Of a stretch of 64,000 nucleotides of DNA, positions 58,057 to 64,000 are shown piece by piece. The DNA lies in the IMG/VR virus record IMGVR_UViG_3300017780_003486. One strand, written 5' to 3'. The stretch's first letter is position 1; each line of letters opens with the position of its first letter. Origin of the DNA: an uncultured virus (IMG/VR IMGVR_UViG_3300017780_003486). Taxonomy: Duplodnaviria; Heunggongvirae; Uroviricota; Caudoviricetes. The position numbers and the translations under genes are program-made. The notes beneath the pieces are model-generated. The model saw nothing but the letters and a program-made list of their open reading frames with translations, did not search any database and was not told the DNA's origin.

Positions 58057-58682
58057 TAGAGAGCTTCTTCGTTAGCGCGAGGCCGAGCAAGCTCGTGAGC
58101 CTTGAGCCCGATACACCGCTTGCAGTTGACCTCCTCCCACTTAGACCGGACGCGCGCCTTCGACTGCCGGAACGAAAACCGGTTCCCGCTCGATACTGCC
58201 GTGCAGAGCGGACGACCGAAACCGCTACGGCTGAAGTGGATCGGCGCTGGCCGCTTCGGCTTCGTCTTCTTCTCTATCGTATCCTCCTCCGAAGGCCCGA
58301 GCGGCGCTCCCTTCGGTCGGAAGCGCATACCGGAGATATGGCCGCGACTGAAGTTATGACCGTCCTTCGTCCGAAGGAGCCAATCTCTGACGGCACTTTC
58401 GAGGTCGCCGGAAATCCGGATGCCGTAGTCGGGGCCGCGCACGCCGTTGGTCCCCCACTCAAGGCCGTGCGAGGTCTCGTAAGCGAAGGAGCGAACCTGC
58501 CGAACGATGTCGGCGGCGCAGAGATAGAACGTCCGCGTGTACCAGCGGCGACCGTACTTTCCGAAGTCGCCATCCGGGTGGTCCTTCTCCTGCTTCGCGC
58601 GATCCTTAAGGTTGTCGGCCCAGAGGAAGTCCCACGCGGCGGGGATCGCCTTGGCGATGTCGAACGAAAAACGCTTTCCCAT
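58056..58682 (-). CDS. early hypothetical protein
   Basis: 208 aa, AGGAGG RBS; TAG overlaps element. Confidence 0.65.
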   Translation of the reverse strand: MGKRFSFDIAKAIPAAWDFLWADNLKDRAKQEKDHPDGDFGKYGRRWYTRTFYLCAADIVRQVRSFAYETSHGLEWGTNGVRGPDYGIRISGDLESAVRDWLLRTKDGHNFSRGHISGMRFRPKGAPLGPSEEDTIEKKTKPKRPAPIHFSRSGFGRPLCTAVSSGNRFSFRQSKARVRSKWEEVNCKRCIGLKAHELARPRANEEAL

Positions 58683-58694
58683 AATCGTGTCCTC

Positions 58695-58943
58695 CTATCG
58701 AACGGCGGTGGTCGAAAGCGAATAGATCGGCCGCCAGACGACGTGTACTTCGTCCGTCCCGCTCGGGCCGTAGAGGAAGCAAGGGAGTGACGTGTTCTCC
58801 GTCTCCCGTTCGATACGACGAACCGCGTCGATGTGTAAGCGAAGGTAGCGCGCGATCACCGGCAGCGGAGCGCGCATCACAAACGAGAGGTCGTTCTTAT
58901 CGCTCTTCGGGGCGACCGACAGATCGTACAACTGAATGGCCAT
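58695..58943 (-). CDS. early hypothetical protein
   Basis: RBS after element copy 3. Confidence 0.6.
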   Translation of the reverse strand: MAIQLYDLSVAPKSDKNDLSFVMRAPLPVIARYLRLHIDAVRRIERETENTSLPCFLYGPSGTDEVHVVWRPIYSLSTTAVR

Positions 58944-58962
58944 AGGTTACGTCCTTTCTATT

Positions 58963-59023
58963 CCAGCGGAAGCGCTGGCGGATCGAGCCCCGGATCGTCG
59001 GGGCTCTCACCGTTAGAGTTTCC
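58963..59023 (-). ncRNA. repeated structured element, copy 3
   Basis: 61 nt; stem GAGCCCCG/CGGGGCUC. Confidence 0.85.
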
Positions 59024-59995
59024 TCACTTCTTCTCGACTTGGAGGTCGAGGCCGATCTTGTCGCCGGCAACCCGTCCGACGCTGAACGCTTCTCCCTTCT
59101 TCGCGTTCTTCGCGTTCTCGCGAGCGTTCTTCTTGTAGTATTCGCGAGCGGCCTTCTTCGCGTCCTCTTCGCTATAGCCGTGGCTCCGATAGAACGCTTC
59201 GACCCAATCGACGCCTTCGCTTTCGAGGCGTTCGGCGACGAGGCGACGCTCGCGCTCAGACGCCTCGCGGCCTTTCCTCCGGGCCGCCGTCGTTCCGGCC
59301 GGGAGGCCATAGCGAAGATCGGCGTTGAGGTCTTCTTCCGAGCCGTAGACATCCGAGAGGAGGACAAGGCCCGTGCCGGGAGTAGCGCTACCCGTCGCGG
59401 CGGTCGCCTTCCGACGAGCGGCCTCCGCTTCGGCTTCTTCGCGCTCCCGCTTCGCGCGCTGGGCGAAAAGACGTTCAGAGAGACGCGAGACCGCGCCGTC
59501 AAAGAAGAGCGCGTTGTCGGAGGTCCCGTGGTCGTATCCGTGACGCGCGGCCTCGCGCCCAATCGACTTGACGAGATAGTCGTAAAGGGCAATCGTTCCT
59601 TGGATGTTGATCGTCCGCCCGATCAGAACGTGGAAGGTCGACTTCTTGAGCCCGAGATGTCGGCGGCTCTTGAGCGTCCGCTCGACGAGCTTCTCCTGCA
59701 CGAAGTGGATGCAGAAGTTCCCCTTCGCGAGAGCGGCCATAAGCTCGCGCTGCCACTTGTACATCGCGCGCCGATCCGTCTCGGCCTTCTCGCGATCCGT
59801 CATCGCGTCGGCGTTACGCTCCGAAGCCGTGACCTGCGCGAGCGACAAGCCGTAGTCCTGAAGGAGTTCCTGTACCTTCGCCGCAGCGCTCTCGGCTTCG
59901 GCGGCCGACGAGTTCTTATTCTTATCGGCGAGGGCGAGGAGCTTCTTGATACGCTCGATCACTTTCTCGGTCGGCATCTGCTGTTGGTTCGTCAT
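59024..59995 (-). CDS. DUF2786-domain protein
   Basis: IERIKKLLALAD...AEAESAAAKVQELLQDYGL. Confidence 0.8.
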   Translation of the reverse strand: MTNQQQMPTEKVIERIKKLLALADKNKNSSAAEAESAAAKVQELLQDYGLSLAQVTASERNADAMTDREKAETDRRAMYKWQRELMAALAKGNFCIHFVQEKLVERTLKSRRHLGLKKSTFHVLIGRTINIQGTIALYDYLVKSIGREAARHGYDHGTSDNALFFDGAVSRLSERLFAQRAKREREEAEAEAARRKATAATGSATPGTGLVLLSDVYGSEEDLNADLRYGLPAGTTAARRKGREASERERRLVAERLESEGVDWVEAFYRSHGYSEEDAKKAAREYYKKNARENAKNAKKGEAFSVGRVAGDKIGLDLQVEKK

Positions 59996-60010
59996 CTATC
60001 TCTCCTTATC

Positions 60011-60071
60011 CCAGCGGAAGCGCTGGCGGATCAAGCCTCGTACTATCGAGGCTCTCACCGTTAGAGCTTCC
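60011..60071 (-). ncRNA. repeated structured element, copy 4
   Basis: 61 nt; stem GAGCCUCG/CGAGGCUU. Confidence 0.85.
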
Positions 60072-60418
60072 TACGGCGAAGCGTCCCATCCGGCAGCGCG
60101 TTCGGCCGCGCGGATACCGGAAAGGTCGTATGACCGCTCGCGCCTCCGGTCGGCAAGGCCGACGGCACGCTCGACTTCTTCGAGAGGCCATCCGACGTAT
60201 CGAGCGAACCGCTCGCGCGCCTTCGCCTCGTTCATCGTCTTCTTGACCGGCCGTCCTTCGACCTTGCACCAGACGACGAGGCCGAGATGGATCGTCGTCT
60301 TCCTCTTTCCTTTCCTCTCTACCGTGTACTCGACGAAGGAGTACGGGTCGTGGCGCGGTCCCTCGTCGCCGTTCTTGACCGTGATCGAACCGCTCGTCGT
60401 CTTATAGCGTTCATACAT
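60071..60418 (-). CDS. early hypothetical protein
   Basis: Flanked by element copies. Confidence 0.65.
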   Translation of the reverse strand: MYERYKTTSGSITVKNGDEGPRHDPYSFVEYTVERKGKRKTTIHLGLVVWCKVEGRPVKKTMNEAKARERFARYVGWPLEEVERAVGLADRRRERSYDLSGIRAAERAAGWDASP

Positions 60419-60432
60419 TCGTCTCTCCTATC

Positions 60433-60495
60433 CCAGCGGAAGCGCTGGCGGATCGAGCCCCGGATCGCGTCGGGGCTCTCACCGTTAGAGCTTCA
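60433..60495 (-). ncRNA. repeated structured element, copy 5
   Basis: 63 nt; upstream gene stops at the TAA inside CUCUAAC. Confidence 0.85.
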
Positions 60496-60997
60496 CGAGT
60501 TGCGTAGCGAGACAGATGTTTCTCTCGACGATCCCGCAGATCAATTGGAAACCGATCTTAAGGCGCCAGTCGATGCGTCCGCCTTCCCGATCATATGTAG
60601 TGTCGGTGAAGAGGTTCTTGAACGTCTCTTCCGTCCACGACGATTTGTGATCGAGGTTCTGATGCTGTAGTTGCGAATTATAGTACGGCACCACGATAAG
60701 CGCGGAACCGCCCGGCTTCAGAACTCGATTTATTTCCTCGACGACTTTCGTAGCGGTCGAGCCGTCGAGATGTTCGAAGAAGTGATAAGCGACCACTCCC
60801 GCCACTTCTTCGTCTCCGAACGGGATCGTATCTCGTCGAGCATCCCAATCGGGAAGATCGAGGTTGGTCGTTTCGTAGGGAAGGGCCTTTCGACCGGAGC
60901 CGAGGTTGATTATCGGCCCGGATGGAAAAGAAAGGATGGCCGGAACGTCCCGGCTCATCCCCCAGCGAAACAGGTCTTGAAAGCGAACTTCCTTCAT
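60485..60997 (-). CDS. class I SAM-dependent methyltransferase-like protein
   Basis: INLGSG, IPFGDEEV, HFFEHL, EINRVLKPGG. Confidence 0.85.
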   Translation of the reverse strand: MKEVRFQDLFRWGMSRDVPAILSFPSGPIINLGSGRKALPYETTNLDLPDWDARRDTIPFGDEEVAGVVAYHFFEHLDGSTATKVVEEINRVLKPGGSALIVVPYYNSQLQHQNLDHKSSWTEETFKNLFTDTTYDREGGRIDWRLKIGFQLICGIVERNICLATQLVKL

Positions 60998-61000
60998 TGA

Positions 61001-61342
61001 CTAAGCCTCCTTAACGATCTGAAAGGTAACGGAACGCTTGCCGTTCTCGAACACGGCCCGACCGCTCGCCTTCAACGACTTGCGAAACCGGGCACACTGG
61101 GCGGCGGTCCCGAGCTTCAGCGACTTGAAGGCGCTCCAGGCGCTATCGTACTTCTTGCCGCCGACCTTAACGGCGTGGCGGGTGGCCCGCGCCTTCATAA
61201 CCTTGTCCGACGCGGCCTTCTTCGCCGTCTTCTTCGCGACCTTCTTGACCGCGACCTTCTTGACCGCGACCTTCTTCGTGTTCTCGGCCGAAGCCTTGAC
61301 GACGTTGGCGACGACGGCGACGTTGTTCTTCTTGGCGTTCAT
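61001..61342 (-). CDS. small basic histone-like DNA-binding protein
   Basis: KKVAV repeats; GGKKYDSAWSAFKSLKL domain. Confidence 0.7.
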   Translation of the reverse strand: MNAKKNNVAVVANVVKASAENTKKVAVKKVAVKKVAKKTAKKAASDKVMKARATRHAVKVGGKKYDSAWSAFKSLKLGTAAQCARFRKSLKASGRAVFENGKRSVTFQIVKEA

Positions 61343-61392
61343 AGTAGTCTCCTATTTCGAAGTACCCGCTCGTCCTCTCGGGATCGGAGCGT

Positions 61393-61449
61393 CCAGCGGA
61401 AGCGCTGGCGGATCGAGCGGCCGTAGCCGCTCTCACCGTTAGAGCTTCC
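61393..61449 (-). ncRNA. repeated structured element, copy 6
   Basis: 57 nt; stem GAGCGGC/GCCGCUC; followed by an extra CGCUC/GAGCG hairpin. Confidence 0.85.
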
Positions 61450-61544
61450 TAGTAGTTCCGCTCGTCGTTCTCCGGGTCTCCGATAAGCCAGAGGACGAGA
61501 GCTGCCGCGATCCACGGCGAGAGTAGTTGAACAGCGAGCCACAT
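61449..61544 (-). CDS. 31-aa single-TM peptide
   Basis: Below track cutoff; GGAGG RBS; MWLAVQLLSPWIAAALVLWLIGDPENDERNY; TAG overlaps element. Confidence 0.55.
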   Translation of the reverse strand: MWLAVQLLSPWIAAALVLWLIGDPENDERNY

Positions 61545-61556
61545 CAGACGGTCCTC

Positions 61557-61757
61557 CTAGTACCGGGTGCCGTAGTAGAGCCACGGATTGTTGGGGTGGC
61601 GCTTGTTCATCACGCGATGAAACTCACGTACGATGCCGTCACTGACATTCAACTCTCTGACGATCTCGCTCTTGCTGAAGCGAGCCAGAAAGACGTTGGT
61701 GAAGACGTAGATGACCTGAAGGTAGATGGCCTGAGACAGTTCGTTCATAATGTTCAT
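61557..61757 (-). CDS. early hypothetical protein
   Basis: AGGAGG RBS. Confidence 0.55.
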   Translation of the reverse strand: MNIMNELSQAIYLQVIYVFTNVFLARFSKSEIVRELNVSDGIVREFHRVMNKRHPNNPWLYYGTRY

Positions 61758-61761
61758 CCTC

Positions 61762-61899
61762 CTAAGCGATCAGATATCCGTACCGATTGTACCAGCCTCG
61801 TCTCGTCTTGATCGGTCGGCTCCGGGTTCCTTTTCGAGACGCGGCGAATTCACATTCGAGCCGTATCGCGTCACATAGCGCTTTCAGATCGAACGTCAT
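61762..61899 (-). CDS. 45-aa hypothetical peptide
   Basis: ATGA overlap with upstream stop; MTFDLKALC... Confidence 0.45.
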   Translation of the reverse strand: MTFDLKALCDAIRLECEFAASRKGTRSRPIKTRRGWYNRYGYLIA

Positions 61900-62123
61900 C
61901 GCGCGCTCTCCTCTTCGTTAAGGCGACGAACCACCGCGTCGATATCGGCCTGTCGGTCGCCGCTCTTAACGATCTTGAGGTTCTTCCGGCGAACGCCGAG
62001 CCCTTCGTCGTAGAGGTCGTCTGCTTCGTCCGCGACGGTCGCGCGGTCGTAGTCGCCGAAGTGGATCGCCCACGGGCTCTTATCGTCGTCTCGCGTCACG
62101 AGCGTGTAATACGTCTTCGCCAT
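61896..62123 (-). CDS. early hypothetical protein
   Basis: Start MAKTYY after AAGGAG; WAIHFGDYDR. Confidence 0.7.
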   Translation of the reverse strand: MAKTYYTLVTRDDDKSPWAIHFGDYDRATVADEADDLYDEGLGVRRKNLKIVKSGDRQADIDAVVRRLNEEESAR

Positions 62124-62141
62124 CGTCGTCTCCTTCGTTAC

Positions 62142-62202
62142 CCAGCGGAAGCGCTGGCGGATCGAGCGGCACCGAAGCGCCGCTCTCACCGTTAGAGCTT
62201 CC
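62142..62202 (-). ncRNA. repeated structured element, copy 7
   Basis: 61 nt; GAGCGGCGC-UUCG-GUGCCGCUC. Confidence 0.85.
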
Positions 62203-62492
62203 TAGTAGTTGACTTCGTAGTAGCGACGACCATCGCGACCGAGAGAACGAAGGACCTTCGCTTGGTGGAGTGCTTTGACCGCTTCGGTGAGGTCGACCGT
62301 CTCGACGTTGTTAAGTGCCGCTCCGATCCGGTTGATCTGATCGATGTCGATCATCGCGTAATACATAACCCGGAAGACCCGAGCCGCGAGTGCGGTCGAC
62401 GGCGACCAGTTCGCCTTTACCTCTAAGAAGCCGTCGAGCAGTTCGAACGTCTTCGCTTCTTCTTCGGACCGCTTCGAATAATCCTTAGCCAT
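62202..62492 (-). CDS. early hypothetical protein
   Basis: Flanked by element copies. Confidence 0.7.
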   Translation of the reverse strand: MAKDYSKRSEEEAKTFELLDGFLEVKANWSPSTALAARVFRVMYYAMIDIDQINRIGAALNNVETVDLTEAVKALHQAKVLRSLGRDGRRYYEVNY

Positions 62493-62512
62493 CGTCGTCT
62501 CTCCTTCGTTAT

Positions 62513-62569
62513 CCAGCGGAAGCGCTGGCGGATCGAGCGGCCGCAGCCGCTCTCACCGTTAGAGCTTCC
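62513..62569 (-). ncRNA. repeated structured element, copy 8
   Basis: 57 nt. Confidence 0.85.
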
Positions 62570-62823
62570 TAGTTCTCGTCGTTAAGCTCGCTATCGGCGA
62601 ACTCTTCCCAGAGGAAGCGCTCGGCTTCCTCGATGGTCCCGAATGTCCGGTCGTCTCCGGCGAGGCTCACTTCGTAATGAGCGCTGGTCGACCCTTCGTT
62701 CGGCACGCCGATATAGAAGGCGTCGAGGTAGAGGTATCCGGCGAACTCCGCGAAGCCGCTCGTGTACGGCGCGAGGTTCGAGACGTACTTACGCGATGCC
62801 TTGAACTCTTCGAACGTCGTCAT
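62569..62823 (-). CDS. early acidic hypothetical protein
   Basis: Flanked by element copies. Confidence 0.7.
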   Translation of the reverse strand: MTTFEEFKASRKYVSNLAPYTSGFAEFAGYLYLDAFYIGVPNEGSTSAHYEVSLAGDDRTFGTIEEAERFLWEEFADSELNDEN

Positions 62824-62842
62824 GGTCTTTCTCCTTCGTTAC

Positions 62843-62903
62843 CCAGCGGAAGCGCTGGCGGAGACCGACACGACGGATCGTGTCGGCTACCGTTAGAGCT
62901 TCC
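62843..62903 (-). ncRNA. repeated structured element, copy 9 (entirely different central stem)
   Basis: 61 nt; GCCGACACGA-UCCG-UCGUGUCGGU. Confidence 0.85.
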
Positions 62904-62909
62904 TGATCG

Positions 62910-63104
62910 TTAGCGCTTCTTGCCGCCGATGTTCGGCTGCGGGTTGAACTCCTTCGGCTTACGTTCGAACGTCGCGCCCTGATCGTAGTTCTCGACGAGC
63001 TGTTCGGCTTCCTTATGAGCCTTCGCCGAGTAGAGCGACCACATCGGCGTGTGCAGAACCTTCTGAGCATTACGATACGACTTGGATGAAATCCGATAAG
63101 CCAT
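62910..63104 (-). CDS. first gene of the early array, hypothetical
   Basis: AAGGAG RBS after element copy 10. Confidence 0.65.
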   Translation of the reverse strand: MAYRISSKSYRNAQKVLHTPMWSLYSAKAHKEAEQLVENYDQGATFERKPKEFNPQPNIGGKKR

Positions 63105-63125
63105 GTTCTTCTCCTTCTTCGTTAC

Positions 63126-63187
63126 CCAGCGGAAGCGCTGGCGGATCGAGCGTCGTTAGTATCGACGCTCTCACCGTTAGAGCTTCC
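63126..63187 (-). ncRNA. repeated structured element, copy 10 (no upstream ORF seen)
   Basis: 62 nt; stem GAGCGUCG/CGACGCUC. Confidence 0.85.
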
Positions 63188-63194
63188 TCTTTTA

Positions 63195-63232
63195 AGTTAG
63201 TAGCATAACCTCAGTCGCGACGGCTTCATAGA
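63195..63232 (-). promoter_or_regulatory. possible early promoter
   Basis: TATGCT -10-like hexamer at 63202-63207 in an AT-rich patch; weak -35. Confidence 0.3.
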
Positions 63233-64000
63233 GCGCATCGGTTCGTTATGCATCGATCTCTCTTCGCTAAACTCCGCGTCTCGCACTCGGACGGGGAACG
63301 GCCTCCGCGCTTAAGAGCCTCTATCGTTCCGGCGACTAGAGCGACGGGGGAACGATTTCAGGACTTATCTATTCAGCGACTTGGGGCGGGATAGGAAGAG
63401 GCTAGACCCGTCCCGATCCGAACGCCGAGGCCGCTTCTCCTTTCGGCCTACAGAGGAGGACGAGGAAAGGAGAGCAGAGCCATCGGCCCAGAAGGGGCGA
63501 TAGGGTCTAGGGTTCTTTAGCCGGGGCCGCCTAGAGTGCTAATCGAACCTCGCCGTTTTGGCTGCAAGCGGTTCGAAGAGCCTAGCAGGGCGCTTCTAAT
63601 TTTTCCCCGGTTCCCTCCAGCGGCCTCCACGCGACCCTAAGTTACGGAGGGGAACCAGCGAGGCCCGGAGGCCCCGCCCCTCCGACGTTCCCGCCGGAGG
63701 TAGGCTCATTATAGAAAGAAAGAGGAAGGAAGGAAGGCCCGAAAACCGATTTTTTAGGCCCCATATATAGTAGGGGTCCGGGCCGCCCCGGTCCGGGAGC
63801 CCTCCCGGAGCTCAGGAAAGGCCCAAAATCGACAAGGCTAAAAGCCTTACGCCATCGGCATTAAAACGAAACCACGACCAAAACAGGCGTTCTATCGACT
63901 CCCGGCCGGGGATCGGGGCCTAGTAGGGGCCGGGCCGGGGCTCCCGGCCGGGGCTCCCGGAAGGCGTCTAATCGATCCTCCGGCGACCGGGGCGATAACC

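Noticed and set aside
57509..62569. UAG read-through signal fusing adjacent genes
   Set aside because: Stop-to-AUG distances are in mixed frames (73, 76, 75, 78, 76 nt), and one in-frame case contains a second stop.
57509..63187. Repeats as a CRISPR array
   Set aside because: Intervening sequences are 220-990 bp containing whole genes with RBSs, the repeat has an internal variable stem, and no cas genes are present.
57509..63187. Repeats as canonical integron attC sites
   Set aside because: No RYYYAAC/GTTRRRY complementary pair at the ends, no integrase in the window, one copy precedes the first gene, and G-U/UUCG features point to RNA. Kept only as an analogy.
57509..63187. Repeats as a known ribozyme class (hammerhead, twister, twister sister, pistol, HDV-like)
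   Set aside because: By eye they lack CUGANGA/GAAA, the twister L4 and catalytic G segment, the twister-sister UGCAAG loop, the pistol AAA linker/GU site and HDV P3/L3/J4-2. An Infernal search is still needed.
57509..63187. Repeats as intrinsic terminators
   Set aside because: No U-tract follows either hairpin on the sense strand; an RBS follows instead.
63200..64000. tRNA or other known ncRNA in the right-hand non-coding region
   Set aside because: No cloverleaf or T-loop context recognised by eye.

Overview
Slice of a high-GC tailed dsDNA phage genome with siphovirus-type morphogenesis genes; an alphaproteobacterial host is only a guess. Layout: (1) 1-10.3 kb, minus-strand replication and nucleotide-metabolism operon: DnaE (runs off the left edge), DEDDh exonuclease, HAD phosphatase, several MazG-like/DUF550 pyrophosphatases, a sulfotransferase-like protein, ThyX and an FAD oxidoreductase. 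(2) 10.5-19.4 kb, plus-strand block: APS kinase/nucleotidyltransferase fusion, primase-helicase and small ORFs. (3) 19.8-45.5 kb, late operon headed by an RfaH/NusG paralog with an ops-like site, then terminase, a portal fused to an Acb1-like 2H phosphoesterase, head, tail and lysis genes. (4) 46-63.2 kb, minus-strand early/accessory arm: HNH, SF2 helicase, DenV, DUF932, histone-like proteins and many small ORFs. The most striking signal is in the early arm. Ten copies of a 57-63 nt structured element (sense: GGAAGC-UCUAA-CGG-UGA-[variable hairpin]-GAU-CCG-CCAGC-GCUUCC-GCUGG) lie upstream of the ribosome-binding sites of early genes, mostly directly after the preceding stop codon. The copies show compensatory changes, G-U wobbles and cUUCGg loops. 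A textbook type II hammerhead ribozyme occupies the same kind of slot in the same operon. This suggests an RNA-based system that processes or regulates the early polycistron, possibly an undescribed ribozyme or RNA motif. Secondary highlights: a possible PAPS-dependent sulfation pathway and strong CA/TG dinucleotide avoidance. All family assignments are from motif recognition by eye, not database searches.
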